A stretch of 64,000 bases of DNA. Source: a virus. Its lineage: Duplodnaviria; Caudoviricetes. The position numbers and the translations under genes were made by a program. The notes below the pieces were generated by a model. The model searched no databases. It had not been told where the DNA came from and saw only the letters and a list, made by a program, of their open reading frames with translations. Positions within the stretch are counted from its first letter, which is position 1, and every line of letters starts with the position of its first letter. Shown here in pieces: positions 1-8,100 of this stretch. The stretch covers positions 96,001 through 160,000 of IMG/VR virus record IMGVR_UViG_3300027914_001163. One strand, 5' to 3'.

Positions 1-206
1 ATGAAAAAACAATTCAATATTGGAATCGGTATGAAGAACTAAAAAGAAGATTTTTAGATCAGGGAGCCATTATTCAAAATCCAGATATGGAACTTTCCCT
101 GGATGATTTGAAACAGTTCGTTGTAAGAACAAATAAATTTATTGAAGATTTTAAACAATGGAGACAGGAGGTTGTTAATTCACTTCTGGTAGGAGATATA
201 GAATGA
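1..206 (+). CDS. 3' part of a hypothetical protein, truncated by the window edge
   Basis: Open frame from position 3 (EKTIQYWNRYEELKRR...) to TGA 204-206, overlapping the next ATG. Confidence 0.5.
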   Translation, partial: EKTIQYWNRYEELKRRFLDQGAIIQNPDMELSLDDLKQFVVRTNKFIEDFKQWRQEVVNSLLVGDIE

Positions 207-469
207 AATGCGCAATTGTTATGGCAGATGGTCTTAAACAGATCATGTTCTCACCGGAGAACGATATGGAGCGCATGGCTCTCAAGATGATTACGCCGGA
301 GGACAATATATCTATTGAAATAAAAGAAGGAACGTTTTTCGAAGGAGATATGCCGAAGTCTGCCTTGGGGTATCGTGTTGAAAAATGTCAAGGCGGTTAT
401 CATCGTGCCTATCGAGATTCTGATTCACTGATGTTGGTTTTACGGAGAAAATCACAGGAGGAAATGTAA
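203..469 (+). CDS. hypothetical phage protein
   Basis: 88-aa ORF, AGGAG RBS, tight packing. Confidence 0.7.
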   Translation: MKCAIVMADGLKQIMFSPENDMERMALKMITPEDNISIEIKEGTFFEGDMPKSALGYRVEKCQGGYHRAYRDSDSLMLVLRRKSQEEM

Positions 470-652
470 ATGAAACCGTTTGGAAAAAGAACAAAAAAAT
501 CAAAAGTCGTATCTGAGTTGATACTTCATATTAAGGTTTATGATAACAATGAAGGAGCGACTGTAGAAGTAGAAAGAAAAAAAATGTCAATTGGAGAATC
601 TGTTGGCTTGTTGGAATTTGCAAAAACAAAAATGATGTTGCAGGAAATGTAA
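470..652 (+). CDS. hypothetical phage protein
   Basis: 60-aa ORF, GGAGG RBS, abuts neighbours. Confidence 0.6.
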   Translation: MKPFGKRTKKSKVVSELILHIKVYDNNEGATVEVERKKMSIGESVGLLEFAKTKMMLQEM

Positions 653-1059
653 TGGCTGACATCAGCATGTGCTTTTTTAAATCGTGCGCTTCAAAAATGA
701 AGTGCTATCGGTATACGGCCATTACTGGACAATGGCAATCTTTTATGTCCTTTGAAGAGACATATACTGAAAAGAAAAAAAAGTGCAAAGACTTCAGGAG
801 CAATCGTTATTATTTTGACCGGATTAAATTGTGGAATAAACAGCGAGAGGAATGGATGGCGAGTGTACAAAAAATAAGTATTAAAGAATTTATGACAGTT
901 AAATTTTCCGGCCAGGAAACTTCAGATAGATGTGAACAATGCGGAAGTAAAATAATTAAATCTGAAAATGGAAAATGGTGCTCAAATGACGATTGTACAT
1001 GGAGTGATAACGACTTTTTTGAGCATTTTTTGACCCAACAAAAAAAGAAAAAAAAATAA
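652..1059 (+). CDS. hypothetical Cys-rich protein (possible Zn ribbon)
   Basis: MADISMC start, CEQC...CSNDDC; TAATG coupling. Confidence 0.65.
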   Translation: MADISMCFFKSCASKMKCYRYTAITGQWQSFMSFEETYTEKKKKCKDFRSNRYYFDRIKLWNKQREEWMASVQKISIKEFMTVKFSGQETSDRCEQCGSKIIKSENGKWCSNDDCTWSDNDFFEHFLTQQKKKKK

Positions 1060-1117
1060 TTTTTGCACGAATTTTTTTCATAAAAAGTTGACAAATTATC
1101 ATACCTTACGATAGAAA
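1060..1117 (+). promoter_or_regulatory. conserved phage promoter element, copy 1 (-10 diverged)
   Basis: TTTTGCACGAATTTT..AGTTGACAAATTATCATAC, shared with 10919-10975 and 63290-63346. Confidence 0.65.
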
Positions 1118-1118
1118 T

Positions 1119-1155
1119 CTTGCAACAGGGTAAAGATTTGAATGTTGGTTACAAT
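1119..1155 (+). CRISPR. orphan CRISPR repeat of the 25.1-25.4 kb array type
   Basis: CTTGCAACAGGGTAAAGATTTGAATGTTGGTT matches the first 32 of 37 nt of the array repeat. Confidence 0.85.
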
Positions 1156-1169
1156 GGGAGGAAACGATA

Positions 1170-1439
1170 ATGTTAAAAGGATTGTTACACGGTCTTCTGG
1201 TCGGTGCTATTATAGCACTCATTTTGACTGCGCTGTGTTGCCAGACTCAAAAAGAGAAACCATCCGGACCTTTTAAGACTGCGGAATGGAAAGACTGTTT
1301 TGAGGAATGCAAATCTTCGCTTCCAAAGAATCTGTCCATTTCAGATTTTGATAATGGCGAGATTAAAAAAATGAATCCAGATGAACTCTGTGTTCGTTTT
1401 TGCACACAGGCATTATATCATCGTCGGGGTATTCAGTGA
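1170..1439 (+). CDS. hypothetical membrane-anchored protein
   Basis: N-terminal hydrophobic helix, GGAGG RBS. Confidence 0.65.
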   Translation: MLKGLLHGLLVGAIIALILTALCCQTQKEKPSGPFKTAEWKDCFEECKSSLPKNLSISDFDNGEIKKMNPDELCVRFCTQALYHRRGIQ

Positions 1440-2191
1440 GAATCATTTCAGATTTTCATGATTATTACGATAATGTTCAGTCATACGGACAGGATCGTTC
1501 TCTGGTATATTTACGAAAAGAAAAGGTGATCGAGAACTTTGACACCAGAGAACTTCCTTCCCTGGCTGAATTGTTTGAGAAATTTTCATGGCTTCATACG
1601 CATCATCTTGACAGCCTGTATAGCATCAGGCCGTGTTTAATAGGTTTCTGCGGTAAGTGGTATCCATATATTGATTTCAGTTCCGATTATGAAAAGACCG
1701 CTCACGAAACCGCTTTCAATGCGTATGATGTATTGCAGTTTTTGCAATCTCCTGAACATTTCAAGAAGGAAATGGTTGAGAATTTTCTTGAGGTTGAAAA
1801 AAAGCGCACCAAGTTTTATGGCAAGGTTCAAAGACGGAAAACTAAATATCGGCTTCATTTTACATTTGATGATCTGGATGATTTTTTCAAAAAAAACCAT
1901 ATCATAGAAAAAGAACTTGACTTTTTTTTCAGACACCGATGTCCTATTTTTATCATTGAGAGTTTGGATAAAAGAAGGATAGAATATAATTTGATTTTGC
2001 ATCCGAACCTTTTTAAGAGGAATTTTCAAAGAGAGATTGACCCTTATACCGCCTTCCAGGAATTGAGCATGTTTATCTCAGGAAGGCTTGGAGTTGGGGA
2101 GCCGGTCACTGTGAATATCAGCAACGAGGCTATGATTGAAAAGAAAGGATTCGATAAGTGGTCATTCAGAACAATGCCAACCAAAAAATGA
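1436..2191 (+). CDS. hypothetical phage protein
   Basis: Long ORF; GTG start overlapping the upstream TGA gives MRIISDFHDYYD. Confidence 0.75.
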   Translation: MRIISDFHDYYDNVQSYGQDRSLVYLRKEKVIENFDTRELPSLAELFEKFSWLHTHHLDSLYSIRPCLIGFCGKWYPYIDFSSDYEKTAHETAFNAYDVLQFLQSPEHFKKEMVENFLEVEKKRTKFYGKVQRRKTKYRLHFTFDDLDDFFKKNHIIEKELDFFFRHRCPIFIIESLDKRRIEYNLILHPNLFKRNFQREIDPYTAFQELSMFISGRLGVGEPVTVNISNEAMIEKKGFDKWSFRTMPTKK

Positions 2192-2323
2192 GAAATGCGA
2201 ACACGAAGATGGTGGTTGGTGCAGGAATGAGAAAAGGTGCAAGCATCGTCATGTAGCATATTCGATTGGACCTCTCGGTGGTATCAGTCGTAAAAATAAA
2301 GGATACGTTTGTGAGTTGGCACT

Positions 2324-2527
2324 ATGAAATATTTAATTTTTACAATGATGATCGGTTTGATGCTTGGCGGTTGTTATCCTGAACAAAGAGACGTTCAGGA
2401 TGAAGTATATACGTTGGCAAAAAAGGCGTATGAGTTGGGTTACAGACAATCATGCGCTGACAATAATAAACCCTGCGATCAATATGAAGAGCGTCAGGCA
2501 AAATTTAATACAATGATGGAGCGATAA
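2324..2527 (+). CDS. putative lipoprotein
   Basis: Signal peptide with LGGC lipobox-like motif. Confidence 0.6.
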   Translation: MKYLIFTMMIGLMLGGCYPEQRDVQDEVYTLAKKAYELGYRQSCADNNKPCDQYEERQAKFNTMMER

Positions 2528-2528
2528 T

Positions 2529-3017
2529 ATGATAGCGTTAGTAATTGGTTCGTTTATTCTTGCAATTATCTGTGCCGGTCCTTTTATTGAGAAAGACAGC
2601 CCGATTATGAATTACATGTCTGTGCCGGTGTTTTTGATTGTGCTTGGTTTTGGTGTTCTGATGTCAACAGGAGGATGCTATCAAGCCAGCATTGTTGAGG
2701 TTGAAGAAATGAAGGCTCAACAGATCAACATACTATCCAATTACCGGACACTGGCGCAACAACTGAATCAAGTCGCCGTGGTGAAAACAAATGGTGATAA
2801 AATCCTGGTTGATCTTCCAAACGCATACCAGAGCACCAACGCTTCCAAAGCTGCTGAAAGTTGGATTGATTCTGCCAATAAATTTAATAAAGATTTGGCT
2901 CATGAGATCGGTATTCGTAAAATGAATTGGATGGGGAAACTGTGGTATGGTTGGCGGTGTCCTCTTGATAAGGAATTACGGTACATTGAAATAAAAGAAC
3001 TGGTTGAAAGAAAATAA
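2529..3017 (+). CDS. hypothetical membrane protein
   Basis: Two N-terminal hydrophobic segments. Confidence 0.7.
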   Translation: MIALVIGSFILAIICAGPFIEKDSPIMNYMSVPVFLIVLGFGVLMSTGGCYQASIVEVEEMKAQQINILSNYRTLAQQLNQVAVVKTNGDKILVDLPNAYQSTNASKAAESWIDSANKFNKDLAHEIGIRKMNWMGKLWYGWRCPLDKELRYIEIKELVERK

Positions 3018-3020
3018 CAT

Positions 3021-3092
3021 TGAGCGGTAGCCAAGCGGTAAGGCATCGGGTTTTGGTCTCGACATCCGAGGGTTCGAATCCTTCCCGCTCAG
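3021..3092 (+). tRNA. tRNA-Gln(TTG)
   Basis: TGAGCGG/CCGCTCA acceptor stem, TCGGG-tt TTG gt-CTCGA anticodon arm, GGTTCGAATCC. Confidence 0.92.
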
Positions 3093-3104
3093 ATCGGAAA
3101 AGAA

Positions 3105-3491
3105 ATGAATATAGATTTTAAAAAATTATCACAGTCAGAAGGATACAAGAGGTTAAAGGCTTCGGTATTGTATGATTGCTATGAGCGTGGTAAGAAGAAG
3201 TGTTTTCGAACAACCGGATGCGATAAAAAACCTGGATGTTCTCATCGGTATTGCGATCAGTTCAAGTATGTCATTGACTTGGTTCGAAAATGCGCACATC
3301 AGACAGGGCTTGATCCTGTTGATATATTGAATGGTTGGGAGAAAGACAGGACGTGTTGGTATATGAATTTTTACCAAGCATGTTATGAGAAAAGATTATT
3401 TAGTCTATCGGTAGAAAACGCCGTGGCCTTCAATGGCGCAGTAGACACATCTGTAAGTTCAACACTCGACGGAGATATGGTTCAGAAGTAG
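3105..3491 (+). CDS. hypothetical phage protein
   Basis: 128-aa ORF with a WEKDRTCWYMNFYQ segment. Confidence 0.7.
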   Translation: MNIDFKKLSQSEGYKRLKASVLYDCYERGKKKCFRTTGCDKKPGCSHRYCDQFKYVIDLVRKCAHQTGLDPVDILNGWEKDRTCWYMNFYQACYEKRLFSLSVENAVAFNGAVDTSVSSTLDGDMVQK

Positions 3492-3647
3492 GAGCGTTGT
3501 CTGAAAATGAACCGGAGGCTCTTGATTGGTGTGGGGATTCTGGCAAACAACGATAACTCCAGAGTTGAAACATCTTGAGTAGACTCGTCCGAAGACCTGG
3601 ACGGCTAACGTGATGACAGTTTGTTGAACAAGGACTCGATGTTATGT

Positions 3648-3680
3648 CTTGCAACAGGGTTAAGATTTTTTTGTTGTAAT
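3648..3680 (+). CRISPR. degenerate orphan CRISPR repeat
   Basis: CTTGCAACAGGGTTAAGATTT matches the repeat 5' part at 20/21 nt and ends GTTGTAAT. Confidence 0.65.
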
Positions 3681-3711
3681 AATGGTTCATCGGAATAAAA
3701 AACCATTTTAA

Positions 3712-3786
3712 CGGGGTGTAGCGCAGTCCGGTCAGCGCACTTGATTTGGGTTCAAGTTGTCGAGAGTTCGAATCTCTCCACCCCGA
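3712..3786 (+). tRNA. tRNA-Pro(TGG)
   Basis: CGGGGTG/CACCCCG acceptor stem, CTTGA-tt TGG gt-TCAAG. Confidence 0.92.
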
Positions 3787-3795
3787 AATTGTTTT

Positions 3796-3867
3796 GCGGA
3801 TGTAACCCAACGGTAGGGCATATGATTTCCAATCATATCATTGTGCGTTCGAGTCGCATCATCCGCT
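3796..3867 (+). tRNA. tRNA-Gly(TCC)
   Basis: GCGGATG/CATCCGC acceptor stem, TATGA-tt TCC aa-TCATA. Confidence 0.9.
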
Positions 3868-3870
3868 CAT

Positions 3871-3943
3871 GGGGTTGTCGTCTAATTGGTTAGGACAGCG
3901 GTTTTTCGAACCGTCAACCAGAGTTCAAATCTCTGCAACCCTA
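3871..3943 (+). tRNA. tRNA-Glu(TTC)
   Basis: GGGGTTG/CAACCCT acceptor stem, GCGGT-tt TTC ga-ACCGT. Confidence 0.88.
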
Positions 3944-3949
3944 ATGCTT

Positions 3950-4350
3950 AGAATATGCACCGGAAGCCGGAGAGTTGTAATTCCAAAGGAAGCCGTTTGA
4001 TCAACGGTGGATGGGACTCGGTGATGGAGCCGGTATTACAGTTTTAAGCCGTATACGATAGTGTCTACCTTCGACGTGGAAGGCTCGACTTGGAGAGAGT
4101 AAACATTCCGATCCAAGGAGCCAACGTTGGCTGCCGGTGGGTCTCGATTGGAGAACCAGACTCGGTAAGTGCGTTGGACATCGGAAAAGGGTATCCAGGT
4201 TTAAAATTAATGCAGGGATTGAGGCGACTCCCGGTTCTTTTAGATTATAAGAAAATCTCCAATTACTGAACCGAAAGCCTTTACCTCAACGTAGTAAATT
4301 GAGGATTATCGTATCCAGGTTTTTGTGAGGCTTCCTGGTAAATAAAAAGC
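3950..4350 (+). ncRNA. candidate large structured non-coding RNA inside the tRNA cluster
   Basis: About 400 nt with no credible ORF and many hairpins; strand assumed from flanking tRNAs; boundaries approximate. Confidence 0.45.
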
Positions 4351-4358
4351 CAAGGTAT

Positions 4359-4435
4359 AGCGGGGTAGACCAGTTGGTAAGTCGGCTGGCTCATAACCAG
4401 TGTCAATATCGTCGGTTCGAACCCGACCCCCGCAA
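4359..4435 (+). tRNA. tRNA-Met(CAT), initiator-like
   Basis: GCTGG-ct CAT aa-CCAGT; unpaired 1:72 (A/A) above a GCGGGG/CCCCGC stem. Confidence 0.85.
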
Positions 4436-4455
4436 ATTTTAAAAAGAGATAGTAA

Positions 4456-5064
4456 ATGAACCGTAGCGAAGCAGGAAAATTAGGAGCATTAAAATCTAAA
4501 CCTATATTGCAAAAACGTTTTGATAATATCAAAAAACAATATTATCATAATCCAAAAGTTTGTAAAAGTTGTAAAACAATTTTGCAATATCATCAACGAG
4601 ATAATACATTTTGTACTAAATCTTGTGCTGCTCAATTTTATAATGTTAAAAGAGGAAAAAAAACTAAAACTGAAAAGTATTGTTTAAATTGTGGAAAATT
4701 AGTAAAAGTTAAATATTGTAATAATACTTGTCGGGCTGAATACAAATGGAAACAATTATGTATTGAAATAGAAAATAAGAAACAATTTCCTTATAACAAA
4801 AACACTAATGATACAAACAGAAAAATAGTTAAAAAATATTTAACAGAAAAATTTGGAGATAAGTGTTTTATTTGTGGAATTACTAAATGGAATAATAAAG
4901 ATTTAATTAAGATTATAGATCATATTGACGGCGATACGCATAATCATAAAGTAGAAAATTTTAGATTGGTATGTAGTAATTGTGATAGTCAATTGGAAAC
5001 TTATAAATCTAAAAATAAAAAAGGAAAACGTTCTTGGAGAAAAAAATACGCCTCTGTAGTTTAA
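4456..5064 (+). CDS. HNH homing endonuclease
   Basis: CFIC...IDHIDGDTHNHKVENFRLVCSNC plus N-terminal CxxC fingers; AT-rich; sits between tRNAs. Confidence 0.85.
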   Translation: MNRSEAGKLGALKSKPILQKRFDNIKKQYYHNPKVCKSCKTILQYHQRDNTFCTKSCAAQFYNVKRGKKTKTEKYCLNCGKLVKVKYCNNTCRAEYKWKQLCIEIENKKQFPYNKNTNDTNRKIVKKYLTEKFGDKCFICGITKWNNKDLIKIIDHIDGDTHNHKVENFRLVCSNCDSQLETYKSKNKKGKRSWRKKYASVV

Positions 5065-5122
5065 ATGGATAGAACGACTGATTTGTAATCAGTAAATTTC
5101 GGATCGTACCCGAATGGAGGCT
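5050..5122 (+). tRNA. tRNA-Thr(TGT)
   Basis: GCCTCTG/TGGAGGC acceptor stem, ACTGA-tt TGT aa-TCAGT; atypical T-loop ATCGTAC. Confidence 0.8.
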
Positions 5123-5126
5123 ATAT

Positions 5127-5200
5127 TCTGCGGTAGCTCAGTTGGTAGTAGCAATTGACTGTTAATCAATGGGTCGGAAGTTCGAATCTTCCCCGCAGAG
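5127..5200 (+). tRNA. tRNA-Asn(GTT)
   Basis: TCTGCGG/CCGCAGA acceptor stem, ATTGA-ct GTT aa-TCAAT. Confidence 0.92.
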
Positions 5201-5205
5201 CATAA

Positions 5206-5278
5206 AGGGGTTTGCGAGTAGTGGTAGCCGGTCGGTCTCCAAAACCGTACAGCACGGGTTCGAATCCTGTAGCCCCTG
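5206..5278 (+). tRNA. tRNA-Trp(CCA)
   Basis: AGGGGTT/AGCCCCT acceptor stem, CGGT-ct CCA aa-ACCG, GGTTCGAATCC. Confidence 0.88.
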
Positions 5279-5300
5279 AAAAACAACAAGGAGCGAGTAT

Positions 5301-5576
5301 ATGAATGAAACAGCGTGGACTTTATTTCTTCTTTATATTTTTCCATTAGCCCTGTGTCAAATTATCAGAATTGAGTTATCTGACATCACCAGGTACTCAA
5401 TCGGTTGGGTTGACGATGAACCAAAACTCGATGAATCTCAAAAGCGTTCATTGCGGGAATTCTTCGGGCTTATCCAACATCCTGCCTTTTCCATTGCTAT
5501 CTTTATGCCCATGCTCAATCTTTTATTCTTGGGAACATTGGCATTTATGTGGTATAAGTGCCGGAGAAAGAAATGA
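5301..5576 (+). CDS. hypothetical membrane protein
   Basis: Two hydrophobic segments, AGGAG RBS. Confidence 0.65.
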   Translation: MNETAWTLFLLYIFPLALCQIIRIELSDITRYSIGWVDDEPKLDESQKRSLREFFGLIQHPAFSIAIFMPMLNLLFLGTLAFMWYKCRRKK

Positions 5577-6136
5577 GGTTGTTCCATCGTAATAAACGTC
5601 CTGAAACTCCCAAGCCATCATTTCATCCGGCAGCTCAAGAAGCACGTTTGAAATTGGCGGAACACCAAGCAAGTTGTTGGGATAAAAGTATGTCATCGAT
5701 TGATATACAAGAAGTCAATTCTGAAGTTTATTATATGGAAAGATTTGATTTTCCTATTTCATATGAAGATCAATCGCCAACGCAGTGTATTGGAGAGGTA
5801 AAAAGGCAATACTTTGATTTTATTATAACGTTGAGCGACACGGCTATGTTGTTGAAAGCACCACAAGTCAGTCTGGATGAAATGATTCGACATTCACTTC
5901 CGCCACGTTATCATAATGCCGAGTTGCAAATTGTTCATTTGAATCAACAAGACTATATGAATCGGTTGCGTAAATTCGGCGTGAGAGTAATTGGTTATAA
6001 AGATCACGGTCATATCGAACAGTCTATTGTGAAAAAAGTTGTTAAAAAGATTGCCATACCTGAATATTGTAATGGGTGTGGCAGTCCTGAAATTATAAAA
6101 GGCAAGTGTCAACATTGCGGAAGGAGTTATGTATGA
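5573..6136 (+). CDS. hypothetical protein with C-terminal Zn ribbon
   Basis: CNGC...CQHC; ATGA overlap start. Confidence 0.7.
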   Translation: MRLFHRNKRPETPKPSFHPAAQEARLKLAEHQASCWDKSMSSIDIQEVNSEVYYMERFDFPISYEDQSPTQCIGEVKRQYFDFIITLSDTAMLLKAPQVSLDEMIRHSLPPRYHNAELQIVHLNQQDYMNRLRKFGVRVIGYKDHGHIEQSIVKKVVKKIAIPEYCNGCGSPEIIKGKCQHCGRSYV

Positions 6137-6447
6137 TGTTAGATTGTTTTAGCCGTTCGGTTGATCAAAAAAAGAAAAAAAATCATATAGATTACGGTTT
6201 TGCTGATTTGCTTGTTGGCAAAAAAATTGTTCACGCAGAAGGAAAGATGGATTATGGCGGCAATGTGCTTCCAGATCAGTTTTTGACATTGACATTTGAT
6301 ACTGGCGATGTTCTTAATATTAAATTTGAGAGAGTGAGATATTCTTTTAAAAACAAAAAAGAACGTATTAAAGAAATCCATACTGAGATAATAAAAATCA
6401 GTCACGAGCATGAACGTCTGTGCAAGGAATTAAATAAATTATTATAA
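6133..6447 (+). CDS. hypothetical protein
   Basis: AGGAG RBS, ATGA overlap. Confidence 0.65.
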   Translation: MMLDCFSRSVDQKKKKNHIDYGFADLLVGKKIVHAEGKMDYGGNVLPDQFLTLTFDTGDVLNIKFERVRYSFKNKKERIKEIHTEIIKISHEHERLCKELNKLL

Positions 6448-6458
6448 AGGAGAATGAG

Positions 6459-6725
6459 ATGAAAAAGTTTTTTGTTATAATGATTATCTGCCTGGTGGGA
6501 ATGGTGTCATGCAAGTTTGACAAAACGACATTGTATGCGCCAGGGGATGTAGCGCAAATCGAGGCTGACCGTCTCGATAATATTCTTGAGGAATCACGTA
6601 AATGTGTTAAAATGAATATGACTTACGTGGTTGAAAGAATTCAGCATGAAAATGGAGATTCATATAATGTTTTCTGCACAGGGAAACTACAGGAATCTCA
6701 AAAATGCAATTGTAAATGTAAATAA
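6459..6725 (+). CDS. putative lipoprotein
   Basis: MKK, hydrophobic stretch, MVSC. Confidence 0.65.
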   Translation: MKKFFVIMIICLVGMVSCKFDKTTLYAPGDVAQIEADRLDNILEESRKCVKMNMTYVVERIQHENGDSYNVFCTGKLQESQKCNCKCK

Positions 6726-6735
6726 GGAGAACGCC

Positions 6736-6891
6736 ATGAACGAACAAGAAAAGAAGAAAAAAGACGAAGAGGAAGAAGCAGAGAGGAGAAGGAGGCAGCG
6801 ACACACCGATGATATGCTGACTGATATAATCAATCCGGCAAATCCTTTAAGCCCTCTGAATCCAATTAACACAATCAACACGTTGCTATAA
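6736..6891 (+). CDS. small hypothetical protein
   Basis: AAGGAG RBS; NPANPLSPLNPIN motif. Confidence 0.55.
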   Translation: MNEQEKKKKDEEEEAERRRRQRHTDDMLTDIINPANPLSPLNPINTINTLL

Positions 6892-7042
6892 GGAGCCAGA
6901 CAATGGGAAAAAATCCGACTGAAGAAAAAAACCAGAATAAGAAAGTGGACGTTAACGCTCCCAAGAATACATTGTTCATTACGCACTACATCAAGAAGAA
7001 TGGCAATGTTGGCATGAGAAAACAATTCAAAAAGGTGTAACT

Positions 7043-7645
7043 ATGCATGGGAATAAACCTCGTGAGATCATGGTGTTTGAAGTCTTTAGGCTTGAAGATT
7101 ATATAATTGAAAAGATCAAAAAGGCTTTAACACCATACGACCCGAAAAATAAACCTGGTTCTTATTACCGTGAAACTGATGATAAGGGAATGGTAACGGA
7201 CAGATACTTTTCGGTTGATGCCGGAAACGGAAGTAGTATGTATGATCTGGATGATCTATATTATTATTCTCCAACACGAAAAGATTTGGTTTATGTTGAA
7301 GAAGAACTTGAGGTTCTGGACACAATTAACAAGGCAACTGATTTGCTACTTCGTGTTGTGGAGCATGGAGAGTGGCTTGAAGAAGTCATTAGCAACATTG
7401 GTATTTCTGATCTTGCTTTCGACATGATGCCGGAGTTGCGTAAGCGATATGATTTCGTTTTTCTGGTTAACAATCAGGATACTCGAATTCATATATCTCC
7501 GATGTATATATCCGAAAAAATTTATACGGTATGGGAATTCTGGTCTTCCTATGATGCATACAACGGAGAGTACGATAGCGGTGAAGACTTTGTTGGCATT
7601 TTCGACCTGTACAGTATTTTCCAGAAGGACAACAGGAATGGATAG
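7043..7645 (+). CDS. hypothetical protein
   Basis: 200-aa ORF, AGGT RBS. Confidence 0.7.
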   Translation: MHGNKPREIMVFEVFRLEDYIIEKIKKALTPYDPKNKPGSYYRETDDKGMVTDRYFSVDAGNGSSMYDLDDLYYYSPTRKDLVYVEEELEVLDTINKATDLLLRVVEHGEWLEEVISNIGISDLAFDMMPELRKRYDFVFLVNNQDTRIHISPMYISEKIYTVWEFWSSYDAYNGEYDSGEDFVGIFDLYSIFQKDNRNG

Positions 7646-7743
7646 TAACTCATTCGGAACAAACGCTGACCTTTTTTGTAAAAGTTGTGGCGAGATTGAT
7701 TATTCATCTCGTGATCATTGTAGATTCTGTGGAGCGCAAAGAA

Positions 7744-8100
7744 ATGAAGGAACTTCTGTTCTCAGTAACAAAAAAAGATTTGGATATTCAATTCTACAAA
7801 TCTTCAGGAAAGGGCGGTCAAAACCGGAACAAACGTGAGACTGCCGTGCGTATTGTTCATAAGGACAGCGGGGTTACGGTAGTCTGCGCCGATGAACGAA
7901 ATCAACATCAAAATCTCATGGTTGCATTTCGAAGACTGTGCGATCATCCAAAATTCAAATCCTGGTTGCACATTGAAGCTGCCAGGAAAATGAGAGATCA
8001 AAGTGAAATAAAACGCCAGATCGAAAAACAGGTTGATGAAGATATGGCGGAGAAAAATTTAAAAGTTGAATATTATGAGCCAGAGGGGGAAGAGGCATGA
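7744..8100 (+). CDS. peptide chain release factor-like protein (RF-1 GGQ domain, ArfB/PrfH-like)
   Basis: KSSGKGGQNRNKRETAVRIVH...ERNQHQN; no codon-recognition domains; start moved to MKELLF. Confidence 0.88.
   Translation: MKELLFSVTKKDLDIQFYKSSGKGGQNRNKRETAVRIVHKDSGVTVVCADERNQHQNLMVAFRRLCDHPKFKSWLHIEAARKMRDQSEIKRQIEKQVDEDMAEKNLKVEYYEPEGEEA

Noticed and set aside
3950-4350. tmRNA or RNase P RNA identity for the structured region
   Set aside because: No tRNA-Ala-like ends and no GAGGAAAGUCC-type RNase P core seen.
3430-5346. Minus-strand ORFs 3430-3810, 4281-4532 and 5089-5346
   Set aside because: They are translations of antisense tRNA sequence.
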